Positions 1 through 9,080 are shown, numbered from the stretch's first letter. The stretch: DNA of 64,000 bases from Clostridia bacterium (GCA_900767835.1 CAAGAO010000016.1:7339-71338), one strand, 5' to 3'. The notes: generated by a model from the sequence alone, not told the origin. Numbers and translations are program-made.

Positions 1-148
1 TAATTATAACATATCATTTATAATTATGCGAAATATACATAACAAAATAAAGTTTATATGCAAAAAGTATAACAATAGATGGTACAAATAGTCTTAAGCT
101 TTAAATACTAGCTAGCACATAATTTTGATAAAAAGGAGGCATTATTAT

Positions 149-1315
149 TTGAATTATATTTCAGTAATGGATATTGGAACAAGTAAACTTGCAGTTCTTA
201 CTGGTAATCGCGGGATTAATAATACTTTAAAAATAATGGCTTCTTCAACTCAAGAATATTCTGGTTACTACAATGGCGAATTTGTTGAACCTGAAAAACT
301 AGATGATGATATTGCAAATGCTTTATCAAAAGCAGAGATTGATGCAAATGCAAAGATAAAAAAATTATATGTTGGCGTTCCTGCCGACTTTTGTACTTGC
401 ATAACAAAACAATTTTCACAAAACTTTACCGACAAGATAAAAATAGAGGATGCCGATATCTTAGAAATATATCAGCAAGCAAATGAATTAAAAGATAATG
501 AAAAGTATATATTAATCAGTTGTTCTCCTATTAGTTTCGTATTAGATGATGGCAGGCAAACGGTAAATCCTATTGGTGAAAAAACATCTAGAATAAGTGG
601 TGAAATAAGTTACATTTATGCGGAAAAAACTTTTATATCAAAAATAAATATTGCACTAAGGAAATTTGGCATTGCATCTGTAGAATATTTATCGTCTACG
701 CTTTCAGAAAGTATTTATCTTTTGTCAGAAAACAAAAGAATGGTGCCAACAATTTTGGTTGATTGTGGCTTTGTAAGTACTTCGGTTTCAATAATTAAAG
801 GTAATGGACTTTTGCTTTTAAATAGTTTCTCTGTTGGTGGTGGACAAATTACAAGCGACTTATGTGAATGCTTAAATATTTCTTATAAAGATGCAGAAGA
901 ATTAAAAAAACAAATAATTTTATCTGTCGTTCCTCAATTATCAGATGGTTATGAAGTGAAAAAACAAGGACAGTTGTCTGTTATTCCAATGACCGAGGCA
1001 AATGAAATAGTCTCTGCAAGACTTGAAATGCTGTGCTCATTAATCAATAGATGCTTAACTGCATCTCAAAAAAAAGATTTATACAAAATGCCTTTTTACT
1101 TGACAGGAGGCGGAATTTGTTTTATAAAAGGTTCAAAAGACTATTTGTCAAAATACTTTGGGGTAAATGTAGAAATACTTTCTCCACCAAATTTGCAGTT
1201 GTCTAAACCAAATTATTCAGCACTACTTGGGCTGTTAAATTCGGCAATAAATCAAGAAAACAAACAAAAAACTAATAAATTTATAAAATTTTTTAAAATG
1301 ATAACAAATAGATAA
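149..1315 (+). CDS. ftsA: Cell division protein FtsA (actin-like ATPase)
   Basis: N-terminal [10 protein letters not shown] and [12 protein letters not shown] actin-fold motifs. C-terminal amphipathic KFIKFFKMI. Lies directly upstream of ftsZ. AGGAGG at 134-139 favours TTG 149 (ATG 167 is the alternative). The track start at 125 overlaps the SD. Confidence 0.85.
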   Translation: MNYISVMDIGTSKLAVLTGNRGINNTLKIMASSTQEYSGYYNGEFVEPEKLDDDIANALSKAEIDANAKIKKLYVGVPADFCTCITKQFSQNFTDKIKIEDADILEIYQQANELKDNEKYILISCSPISFVLDDGRQTVNPIGEKTSRISGEISYIYAEKTFISKINIALRKFGIASVEYLSSTLSESIYLLSENKRMVPTILVDCGFVSTSVSIIKGNGLLLLNSFSVGGGQITSDLCECLNISYKDAEELKKQIILSVVPQLSDGYEVKKQGQLSVIPMTEANEIVSARLEMLCSLINRCLTASQKKDLYKMPFYLTGGGICFIKGSKDYLSKYFGVNVEILSPPNLQLSKPNYSALLGLLNSAINQENKQKTNKFIKFFKMITNR

Positions 1316-1332
1316 AGGAGTATAAAAATAAT

Positions 1333-2616
1333 ATGTATAACAATTTAAATGTAGGAGCAGTTGCCAATATTAAAGTAATAGGTGTCGGTGGTGGCGGAAA
1401 CAATGCCGTAAATAGAATGATTGACGCTAACATCACAAGTGCACAATTTGTTGCAATCAATACAGATAAACAAGCATTACTTTTGTCAAAAGCAGAACAT
1501 AGACTTCAAATAGGTGAAAAATTAACTAGAGGTCTTGGTGCTGGTGCTGACCCAGAAGTTGGACAAAAGGCAGCAGAAGAATCTAAAGCCAGCATTTCAG
1601 AAATGTTAAAAGATTGTGACCTTGTATTTATTACCGCTGGTATGGGTGGTGGTACTGGAACAGGTGCAGCCCCAGTTGTTGCTCAAATCGCAAAAGAAAT
1701 GGGAATCTTAACCATAGCAGTTGTTACAAAACCATTTGGTTTTGAAGGTAGAACTCGTGTTGAAAACTGCGAAAAAGGTCTTGAAAATTTACGCAAATAT
1801 GTTGATACATTAGTTATTATTCCTAATGACAAACTATTAAAACTTGTACCAAAAGGCACTCCTATTATTGAAGCTTTTATGTATGCAGATGATGTTTTGC
1901 GTCAAGGTATTCAAGGTATATCAGACTTAATTGTTACACCAAGTTTAATCAACCTAGATTTTGCCGACGTACGTTCAGTTATGAAAAACCGCGGTCTTGC
2001 TCATATGGGTATAGGTCATTCTAAAGGTGAGAATAAAACTATTGAGGCTGTTCGTCAAGCCGTTTCAAGCCCATTACTAGAAACAACCATCGAAGGTGCG
2101 ACAGGTGTTATTATCAATGTTAAAGGTGGCTTAGATTTACCTCTTGATGAAGTCTATGAGGCTGCTGACCTTGTTAAAGAAGTTGTTGACCCATCTTGCA
2201 ATATTATATTTGGTTCTGGTATTGATGAATCTATGAATGATGAAGTAGAAATTACAATTATTGCAACTGGTTTCCAATCTGATTCCAATGTTTTGGAAGA
2301 TAAAAACTTAAATAAGGTTAAAAAAGATGTAGAAGCGGTAAACAATTTTGCAAATAAACGTTATGATGGTTTCCCTATTGGAAGAATGAATACACAAAAT
2401 AACAACAACCAACCACAAAATAACTATGCTAATAATTACCAAAATAATTATCAACAACCACAAAACAACTATCAACCACAAAACAACTATCAACCACAAA
2501 ATAATTATAATGACCCAAAAGCAGATTTTGTAAGAAATGATGGTGTGCAAACTTCAAGACTAGAAGTTCCAGACGATATTCCACCATATCTTAGAAAATT
2601 AAAAGAGCATAGATAA
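1333..2616 (+). CDS. ftsZ: Cell division GTPase FtsZ
   Basis: [13 protein letters not shown] and [13 protein letters not shown] tubulin signature. C-terminal conserved peptide [12 protein letters not shown] aaaggag upstream. Confidence 0.97.
   Translation: MYNNLNVGAVANIKVIGVGGGGNNAVNRMIDANITSAQFVAINTDKQALLLSKAEHRLQIGEKLTRGLGAGADPEVGQKAAEESKASISEMLKDCDLVFITAGMGGGTGTGAAPVVAQIAKEMGILTIAVVTKPFGFEGRTRVENCEKGLENLRKYVDTLVIIPNDKLLKLVPKGTPIIEAFMYADDVLRQGIQGISDLIVTPSLINLDFADVRSVMKNRGLAHMGIGHSKGENKTIEAVRQAVSSPLLETTIEGATGVIINVKGGLDLPLDEVYEAADLVKEVVDPSCNIIFGSGIDESMNDEVEITIIATGFQSDSNVLEDKNLNKVKKDVEAVNNFANKRYDGFPIGRMNTQNNNNQPQNNYANNYQNNYQQPQNNYQPQNNYQPQNNYNDPKADFVRNDGVQTSRLEVPDDIPPYLRKLKEHR
2410..2508 (+). 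repeat. In-frame tandem 18-nt repeat (caaccacaaaacaactat) encoding (QPQNNY)n in the FtsZ linker
   Basis: Units at 2455-2472 and 2473-2490 are identical. Unit 2491-2508 differs at 2 positions. A diverged copy lies at 2410-2427. Confidence 0.9.
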
Positions 2617-2631
2617 TTTTAGGAGCGTGTT

Positions 2632-3006
2632 ATGGATTTGTCGAAAGAGGATATTCAAAAAATATTAGTTATTGCAAATAAATATTTTGCAAAAAATTTT
2701 AATAATGGTGCAACCTTGCAAGAAATTACCCATCACGAAGAAGTTGCATTTAAAAAATATATTAAATGCTATGCAAAGAATTTAGAGCATGGCAAAACTA
2801 GATATAATGGAGAGTGTAAAAAATTACGCGATAATTGGTTTATGCTAGAAACTGTTAAAAAATTGTATAAAATTAATAATCTTGAAAAGGCAGATAACTT
2901 AGATTTTTGCACTGAATCTCTTGCTTTACAAACCGACAAATTCTATGAATATATCAAAAAAGAAAAATACAATAGTTACACTGAAGAATCAGATTTAGAA
3001 AAATAA
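2632..3006 (+). CDS. Hypothetical 124-aa cytosolic protein, co-transcribed with ftsZ
   Basis: ORF begins 16 nt after the ftsZ stop with SD aggag. A terminator follows. I recognise no motif. Confidence 0.6.
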   Translation: MDLSKEDIQKILVIANKYFAKNFNNGATLQEITHHEEVAFKKYIKCYAKNLEHGKTRYNGECKKLRDNWFMLETVKKLYKINNLEKADNLDFCTESLALQTDKFYEYIKKEKYNSYTEESDLEK

Positions 3007-3060
3007 TTCGTTTTATTAAAAAATAAACTTTGTTTGTATTATTTATAAAGTACACAAATA

Positions 3061-3095
3061 AGAGTCTTAAAGTAAATTACTTTAGGCTCTTTTTT
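3061..3095 (+). terminator. Rho-independent terminator after the ftsAZ operon
   Basis: Imperfect stem agagtcttaaagt / actttaggctct followed by TTTTT. Confidence 0.6.
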
Positions 3096-3106
3096 ATGTT
3101 TACCTA

Positions 3107-3135
3107 TTGCATTTTTATTGTTAATGTGGTATATT
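3107..3135 (+). promoter_or_regulatory. Sigma-A-type promoter for nifS-nifU
   Basis: TTGCAT, 17-nt spacer, TGgTATATT (extended -10). It lies downstream of the track TTG start at 3118, which supports ATG 3172 as the real start. Confidence 0.5.
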
Positions 3136-3171
3136 TTTACTTGTAAATTGTATAAAAGGACTAAAAAGATA

Positions 3172-4344
3172 ATGAAAAGAGTATATTTAGACAACGCAGC
3201 AACTACATTTTGCTCTAATGAAGTTTTAAATGAAATGTTGCCAGCATTTAATACTATTTATGGAAATGCAAATAGCCTACATTCTTTTGGTAGAGATGCA
3301 TCAGCTATAGTTGACCACGCACGAGATAAAGTTGCAAAAGCAATTTCAGCAAAATCTAACGAAATTTACTTTACATCTGGCGGTAGTGAGGCAAACAACT
3401 GGGCAATTAAAGGTGTTGCGAGAGCAAATGCTTATAAAGGTAAACATATTATTACTAGCCAAATTGAACATGATTCAGTTTTGGAAAGTTGTCAAGCACT
3501 AGAGAAAGAAGGTTTTGAAGTAACATATTTAAAAGTTGACGAAAACGGGTTAGTTAGTCTTGCTGATGTTTTGCACTATATAAGACCAGATACCATTTTA
3601 ATTTCAATTATGACTGTTAATAACGAAGTTGGAACCATACAAAATATTAAAGCCATTGCAAAAACCGCTCATGAGAATGGTATTATTTTCCATACTGATG
3701 CAGTTCAAGCATTGGGGGCTGTCAAATTAGATGTAGAAGATATGGATATAGATTTAATGAGTATGTCTGCTCATAAAATTTACGGACCTAAAGGCTGTGG
3801 CGCTTTGTATATTAGAAATGGTATAAAATGCTCAGACTTACTAGACGGTGGTTCTCAAGAAAGAAAACGCAGAGCAGGTACAATAAATGTTCCCGCTGTT
3901 GCTGGTTTTGGTAAAGCAGTTGAAATAGCGACAAGAGATATTATAGTAAATCAACAAAAAATAAAGACAATAAGAGATTATTTTGTCAAACAGATAACAG
4001 AAAAAATCCCATATATTAGAGTTAATGGGCACCCATACCAAAAGGTTCAAGGTATTGTAAATATTGGCTTTGAAATGGTTGATGCTGAAGCACTTCTTAC
4101 AATGCTTGATTTGGAAGGTATCGCAGTTTCTATTGGTTCGGCTTGTACCGCTGGCGTTGCAGAACAATCTCATGTTTTAAAAGCAATGCATGTTCCAGAA
4201 GAATATCTAAAAGGTTCAATAAGATTTTCTTTTGGTAAAAATGTATCAAAGGAAGATATAGATTACACAATTGAAAAACTTTGTGAAATCGTTGCTAAAC
4301 TTCGCTCAATTAGTTCAGTTACTAAAACAGGGAGGGCAAAATAA
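3172..4344 (+). CDS. nifS: Cysteine desulfurase (NifS/IscS class)
   Basis: VYLDNAATT N-terminus, PLP-lysine motif SAHKIYGPKG, active-site loop SIGSACTAG. Confidence 0.9.
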   Translation: MKRVYLDNAATTFCSNEVLNEMLPAFNTIYGNANSLHSFGRDASAIVDHARDKVAKAISAKSNEIYFTSGGSEANNWAIKGVARANAYKGKHIITSQIEHDSVLESCQALEKEGFEVTYLKVDENGLVSLADVLHYIRPDTILISIMTVNNEVGTIQNIKAIAKTAHENGIIFHTDAVQALGAVKLDVEDMDIDLMSMSAHKIYGPKGCGALYIRNGIKCSDLLDGGSQERKRRAGTINVPAVAGFGKAVEIATRDIIVNQQKIKTIRDYFVKQITEKIPYIRVNGHPYQKVQGIVNIGFEMVDAEALLTMLDLEGIAVSIGSACTAGVAEQSHVLKAMHVPEEYLKGSIRFSFGKNVSKEDIDYTIEKLCEIVAKLRSISSVTKTGRAK

Positions 4345-4856
4345 TGTACAGTGAAAAATTTTTAGATATTTTTAAAAATCCATTAAATGCAGGCGGTTTG
4401 CAAGGAGCAAATGGAGTTGGTAAATATATTGACTCATCATGCGGTGATTCTATTAAAATTTATTTAAAATTTGATGAAAATCAAACTATTATAGGTGCAC
4501 ATTTTAAAGCACTTGGTGGTACAGCAACTATTGTTGCAGGTAGTGCGATTTGCAGTTGTCTGTTAGATTGTAACATCAATGAAGCATTAAATATTGACGA
4601 AGATAGAATTATGGAAGTGACAGGCGAGTTTCCAAGCGAAAAGAGATATGCAATAGACTTTGCCAAAAAAGCGTTAGTTAACGCTATAGAAAATTATAAA
4701 AACAATCTTGAAAAGGAAATAAAAAAGAACGCAAAAAAATCTCCTATAAAGGAAGAAAAACTTAAACAAGAAAAACCAAATATTACTCCAGAAATTTCAG
4801 ACAGAAGAAATGTAAGTGCCGCAAAAGCAAAATTTGACGAAATGTTTAATTTATAA
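4344..4856 (+). CDS. nifU: NifU/IscU-like scaffold homologue with atypical cysteine complement and Lys/Glu-rich tail
   Basis: MYSEKFLDIFKNPLNAG...SSCGDSIKIYL matches the IscU N-terminus. ATG overlaps the nifS stop (TAATG). See finding on the missing Cys ligands. Confidence 0.75.
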   Translation: MYSEKFLDIFKNPLNAGGLQGANGVGKYIDSSCGDSIKIYLKFDENQTIIGAHFKALGGTATIVAGSAICSCLLDCNINEALNIDEDRIMEVTGEFPSEKRYAIDFAKKALVNAIENYKNNLEKEIKKNAKKSPIKEEKLKQEKPNITPEISDRRNVSAAKAKFDEMFNL

Positions 4857-4867
4857 ATGTATAATTT

Positions 4868-4906
4868 TACCCTCATTGCACAATATAATTGTAGGAGGGT
4901 ATTTTT
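4868..4906 (+). terminator. Weak terminator-like hairpin after nifU that contains the SD of the next small ORF
   Basis: taccctc (4868-4874) pairs with gagggta (4895-4901), 20-nt loop, then TTTTT. Confidence 0.4.
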
Positions 4907-5050
4907 ATGAAAGAAGGCTTAATTTGCGGAATGGTTATTGGATTGATGGCTGGTGCTTTGCTATATAAACATAATCCCCAAGCAAAGGACATTGTTAATC
5001 AAACAGAACAAGCCGTAAAAAAAGAATTAAAAAATATTGCTTCTAAATAA
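4907..5050 (+). CDS. Small 47-aa membrane protein (YtxH-like: one TM helix plus a charged helix); not in the ORF track
   Basis: GGAGGG lies 7 nt upstream of the ATG. Product MKEGLICGMVIGLMAGALLYKHNPQAKDIVNQTEQAVKKELKNIASK. A strong terminator follows immediately. Confidence 0.45.
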   Translation: MKEGLICGMVIGLMAGALLYKHNPQAKDIVNQTEQAVKKELKNIASK

Positions 5051-5053
5051 TTT

Positions 5054-5086
5054 AAAAACTGCTATGCGATTTGCTTAGCAGTTTTT
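5054..5086 (+). terminator. Rho-independent terminator
   Basis: aaaaactgcta / tagcagttttt, perfect 11-bp stem ending in a T run. Confidence 0.75.
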
Positions 5087-5347
5087 AAATATATCAAATA
5101 TGTTATAAACTTTATAATATTTGTTAGAAAACAGTCATATTTTACTTTATGGAAAATAACGACAAATTATTTAATGTTAAAATATATTGTATTAATTCAA
5201 CTAATATATATAATGTTAAATTCAAGTATATACAATCAAAATCAAGGTTATTCTTGCGTTTGTACGATAGTTTGATTATTTGTACATTTATAGTAAATGT
5301 CTTTTCATTGCTTAGTATAACATATAAATTTTTTTTGGTGATATAGT

Positions 5348-6211
5348 ATGAAAAAACACAAGTTGAAAATTGTATTTAGTTGGCTGTTTTTAGTATTGTT
5401 GCTTGGACTTATTTTGTTTGATAATATATTAAATTTTGTTATTTATATAACTGTCGTATTTTTACATGAGCTTGCTCATTATTTCGTAGCAAAAAAATTA
5501 GGATACAAACTTAATAAATTTTATATTATGCCATATGGAGTTTGTTTAAATTATGAAAATATAGTATTTCAAGGTAACGATGAAATTTTAATTTCCATGG
5601 CTGGACCACTATTCAATTATTTTATATGTATTTTATGTGTTGCTGTTTGGTGGCTTTTCCCAATCACATATTATTATTTAGATTATTTTTGCTTTTGTAA
5701 TCTACTTTTAGCCACTTTTAATATTTTGCCTTGTTTTCCATTAGATGGTGGGAGAGTTACTGTTTGTTTATTGTCAAAAATAATTGACCGAGAAAAAGCA
5801 ATTAACATTAGTGTTATTACTAATTATATTTTTTGTTTACTCTTGACAATACTGTTTATATTGTCATTATTTAAAAATATAAATTTTAGTTATATTTTTG
5901 TTGCCATATTTTTGTTTTCAGGGTGTCTTAGTCCTAAAAAGTACTCTCAATATACGTATTTATCACTTTACAGTAATAAAACAAAACTGTATGGTAAAGG
6001 TTGCTCGGTTAAAATTATGGCTTTTAATAGCAATGTCAAGTTATATAAAATCATAGCTAGGTTCACTCGATATAAATATAATATTGTTTATATTATTATG
6101 CCAAATGGTGCAGTTAAGGTTTTTTCAGAAAATAGTATAAATAATCTATCTGTAAAATATTCGCCAACATATAGTATTGACGATATACTTGCAAATATAT
6201 GTGAAAAATAA
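5348..6211 (+). CDS. spoIVFB: Site-2 (M50) intramembrane metalloprotease, SpoIVFB-like
   Basis: HELAHY (HExxH) in a TM helix, NILPCFPLDGGRV (NxxPxxxxDG). About 287 aa with a soluble C-terminal domain, like SpoIVFB. Confidence 0.75.
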   Translation: MKKHKLKIVFSWLFLVLLLGLILFDNILNFVIYITVVFLHELAHYFVAKKLGYKLNKFYIMPYGVCLNYENIVFQGNDEILISMAGPLFNYFICILCVAVWWLFPITYYYLDYFCFCNLLLATFNILPCFPLDGGRVTVCLLSKIIDREKAINISVITNYIFCLLLTILFILSLFKNINFSYIFVAIFLFSGCLSPKKYSQYTYLSLYSNKTKLYGKGCSVKIMAFNSNVKLYKIIARFTRYKYNIVYIIMPNGAVKVFSENSINNLSVKYSPTYSIDDILANICEK

Positions 6212-6254
6212 AGTGTTGGAGTATTAAAAAAATAATTACGCACAAAGTATATTT

Positions 6255-6758
6255 ATGAAACAAACTTTAAAATATATTTATAGCGTAGTATACGATAACC
6301 TAAAATTTGCAGAAGCAAAACATACAATAGTATTAACTCTTGCAGGAGCGGTGCTTGCTTTTGCGACAACATTTTTTTCGGATAATTTGATACAAAATTT
6401 GTTTGCAATAGCAAGTATAATTTTTTCACTTATTGCAATATTTTATAGTATTGTCGCATTGGCTTCAAGGAATGTAAAATTAAAAACAAAGAGAATTAAC
6501 ATAAAAGCAAACCTATTATACTACAAAGATATAATGAAATTTGATGAAATTGTATATGTTAATACTATTAAAAAAGAGTATGACTTTACAAATATTTATA
6601 AACCAGATAGTATGGATTTTGATTTGGCAAAAAGAATTATAGTTGTTTCCAAATTAACATACATAAAGTTGTTATATTTTAATTTCGCAATAGTATTCCT
6701 ATTTTCAAGCGTATTATGTCTTATTGCAACAGTGTTAATAAGAGGAAAGGTATGGTAG
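6255..6758 (+). CDS. Small 3-TM protein resembling SLATT / DUF5706 (Pycsar-effector-type) membrane proteins
   Basis: N-terminal helix NLKFAEAKHTIVLTLAG followed by a TM hairpin, a ~70-aa soluble segment and a third TM. The family assignment is from memory of the motif pattern only. Confidence 0.55.
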   Translation: MKQTLKYIYSVVYDNLKFAEAKHTIVLTLAGAVLAFATTFFSDNLIQNLFAIASIIFSLIAIFYSIVALASRNVKLKTKRINIKANLLYYKDIMKFDEIVYVNTIKKEYDFTNIYKPDSMDFDLAKRIIVVSKLTYIKLLYFNFAIVFLFSSVLCLIATVLIRGKVW

Positions 6759-7108
6759 AACAGTTTATATTTTGGCTTATTGGTTTGGTTGAAGATGACC
6801 CAATTCCAGACGAGATTAAATGCATATTATTTGAAACAAAAATAAATGGTAAGTACAAATATATTCAACTTAAAGGATATGAAGATGAACCCAATGTTAA
6901 TTCACTTGCTTTTTGTCCATTGGAAGCACAATGGTTTAACAATATTACACTTGCAAAAATGTACAAAGATAATTTTATATATAATGTAAAATATGTTATA
7001 AATGAGTCTTTTTCAAATGATTCGCTAAAAGAAATTTTTATGAATAAGAAAATATATTTTAAATATTTGAACAATATGGAATTTTTATTTAAAGTAAATA
7101 TAGATTGA
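6752..7108 (+). CDS. Hypothetical 118-aa acidic cytosolic protein, translationally coupled to the preceding ORF
   Basis: ATG 6752 overlaps the upstream stop (ATGGTAG). SD agaggaaagg at 6741-6750. The track start at 6716 is unlikely. Confidence 0.55.
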   Translation: MVEQFIFWLIGLVEDDPIPDEIKCILFETKINGKYKYIQLKGYEDEPNVNSLAFCPLEAQWFNNITLAKMYKDNFIYNVKYVINESFSNDSLKEIFMNKKIYFKYLNNMEFLFKVNID

Positions 7109-7140
7109 ATAAAAATATTTTAATTATTTAAAATAAATAT

Positions 7141-7698
7141 ATGAAATTATTTAAAAAAATAGGTTTATTTTTATCTTCTTTTGCACCATTGTTTTTACTT
7201 TTAATAACAAAGGAAATAATTGAAATAATAAACAAAAATTGGTCTTTAAATTTCTTAAATTCTTTTTTATTAACAGTATTAATTTTAATGTTGTTTATTG
7301 GAATTTATTACTTAATTACATCATTAAAAGAAATCTTATTGTTTAAAACTGAAAAAATACTTATTTTAAATAAAAGTAATTCAACAGACCAACATTTTTT
7401 AGGTTATTTTTCATTATTTGTTTTATTTGCTATTAGTTATGATATCGAAATGTATAGTATGGCTATAATATTTTTTATGGTCATAGTAATGATAGCTATT
7501 GTGTATATTAAAAATGATATGTATTTTATAAATCCATTACTTAATATCTTAGGTTATAGTTATTATAACATTGAGTTTAAAAATAATAAGGGCGAAGTCA
7601 AAACTGCACAAGTATTTTATAATGGAATTATTGAAACAGATAAAGATTATTACATTTGCACTAAATACAATAGTTTATTTTTTTTGAAAAAGCCATAA
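7141..7698 (+). CDS. Hypothetical 4-TM membrane protein with a small C-terminal soluble domain
   Basis: Hydrophobic segments read from the translation. No recognisable motif and no SD. Confidence 0.55.
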   Translation: MKLFKKIGLFLSSFAPLFLLLITKEIIEIINKNWSLNFLNSFLLTVLILMLFIGIYYLITSLKEILLFKTEKILILNKSNSTDQHFLGYFSLFVLFAISYDIEMYSMAIIFFMVIVMIAIVYIKNDMYFINPLLNILGYSYYNIEFKNNKGEVKTAQVFYNGIIETDKDYYICTKYNSLFFLKKP

Positions 7699-7739
7699 TT
7701 TGTTTGTGTTTTTTTTAAAGATTTTGTAGTATATATAAT

Positions 7740-9074
7740 ATGTCAAAAAATCAAGAAACCAATCATAAATCATTTTATACAATACTAGGCAAAATAGGCG
7801 ATATTCTTTTATGGCCTGTTTTGATAATATCTCTTTTCTCAAGTTTTTTTATGCTTGTTCAAAAAAAACAAAATAAAATCACATCAATTTTTGGTTATTC
7901 ATTTGTAAATGTTTTATCTGGAAGTATGATTGATGAAGGCTTTAAAATCGGCGATACTGTTATTACACATAAATGCAATGAACGAAATGTTCAGATAGGT
8001 GATATAATCGCCTTTTACTATGCATCAAGCACAAAGTCACCTTCGGCATCTGATATGCATTTAGTAGTAGAATACAAAAACTATGACTATAAAGAACTTG
8101 TCAAAAATGAAGAGGATAACATATATAGAACTGAAATACAAATATCTGACTATCCAAAAATTAATGACAAAAGTGCAGAGTACATTAAAAAAGCACAAGA
8201 TGATAAAGCAAAAGTATATTTTCATCAGGTAGTTGCAATATATGTAGATGATGAAGGAAATTTGTTTTTTAAAACAAAAGGTTCAAACAATTCCACAGCA
8301 GACACTCCACTAACAAGGGGAGACTTAATTGTCGGAAAATATGTGACGACTCCAGTTTTTATAAGGAGAGCGGTTTCTTTTTGTGCAAGTCCTTTAGGAA
8401 TGATAGTTTTGGTTTGCTTTCCACTTAGTATGTTAGTTTTGATGCAATGCTTAAGTTTAATTGAACAAGTATCGATAATTGCATTAGAGAAAAAATTATT
8501 ATCAGGCGAGTTATCTTATAAAGATGAAGAAATTAAGAAAAATCTAACATCTAACCAAATTGAGTCATATAATAAAGTCTATTATTACTACATTACCCCA
8601 GATGAGCAAAAACCAGAAGTTAAGGAATTTTTGTGGGGAGATTTGTTAAATGTAAAAATACCTTCAGATAAGCAACTTATTGACCTTGCTCGACTGAATA
8701 ATTCATTAACAAAATTAGAAACATCAGATTTGGCTTATTGGAATGAATGGATAGAAAAGTCTAAAGGAATTGAAAAGAAAAAATTAATTCAGTACAAAAA
8801 CAAACTTTTTATGCCTAAAATTGATAACAATATTAGTCAAAAAACAAATAGTTTAAGAGAACAAGATAGTAAAACCTTATCGAATAAAAAACAAGAGTTA
8901 GAAAACAAACAAAATCAAGTCAAACATAAATTAAATATAAATAATAAAACACAAATCAATGAAGTGAATAACACAATTATTAATAATCAAATAGGTGGTG
9001 TAAATAGCAATCAATCTATTAGTAAAAATTCAAATAATACTATCGCTAAGAAAATACCACCAAAGAAAAAATAG
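7740..9074 (+). CDS. SipW/ER-type (S26B) signal peptidase I with internal insertion and ~210-aa C-terminal extension
   Basis: N-terminal TM, then VLSGSM (catalytic Ser), FHQVV (His), TKGSNNSTAD (TKGDNN-like box), a second TM, and a Lys/Asn-rich tail. Confidence 0.7.
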   Translation: MSKNQETNHKSFYTILGKIGDILLWPVLIISLFSSFFMLVQKKQNKITSIFGYSFVNVLSGSMIDEGFKIGDTVITHKCNERNVQIGDIIAFYYASSTKSPSASDMHLVVEYKNYDYKELVKNEEDNIYRTEIQISDYPKINDKSAEYIKKAQDDKAKVYFHQVVAIYVDDEGNLFFKTKGSNNSTADTPLTRGDLIVGKYVTTPVFIRRAVSFCASPLGMIVLVCFPLSMLVLMQCLSLIEQVSIIALEKKLLSGELSYKDEEIKKNLTSNQIESYNKVYYYYITPDEQKPEVKEFLWGDLLNVKIPSDKQLIDLARLNNSLTKLETSDLAYWNEWIEKSKGIEKKKLIQYKNKLFMPKIDNNISQKTNSLREQDSKTLSNKKQELENKQNQVKHKLNINNKTQINEVNNTIINNQIGGVNSNQSISKNSNNTIAKKIPPKKK

Positions 9075-9080
9075 TAAATT

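Noticed and set aside
2410-2508. Short tandem repeats considered as a possible CRISPR or other array
   Set aside because: The units are contiguous with no spacers, 18 nt long, and in frame within ftsZ. This is a coding microsatellite, not a CRISPR array.
2308-2550. 80-aa ORF with a repeated WLIVVL peptide
   Set aside because: It is the antisense reading of the FtsZ QPQNNY tandem repeat, so it is an artefact of the repeat.
3118-3171. Long N-terminal extensions proposed by the ORF track (3118, 14663, 44872, 51846, 63695, 6716, 125)
   Set aside because: Internal ATGs with proper SDs align with the conserved N-termini of the families. The extensions overlap promoters, operators or neighbouring genes.
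5149-5346. 65-aa ORF ending 1 nt before spoIVFB (possible SpoIVFA surrogate)
   Set aside because: There is no SD and the Asn/Ile/Tyr-rich composition is indistinguishable from AT-rich spacer. It is kept only as a remote possibility.
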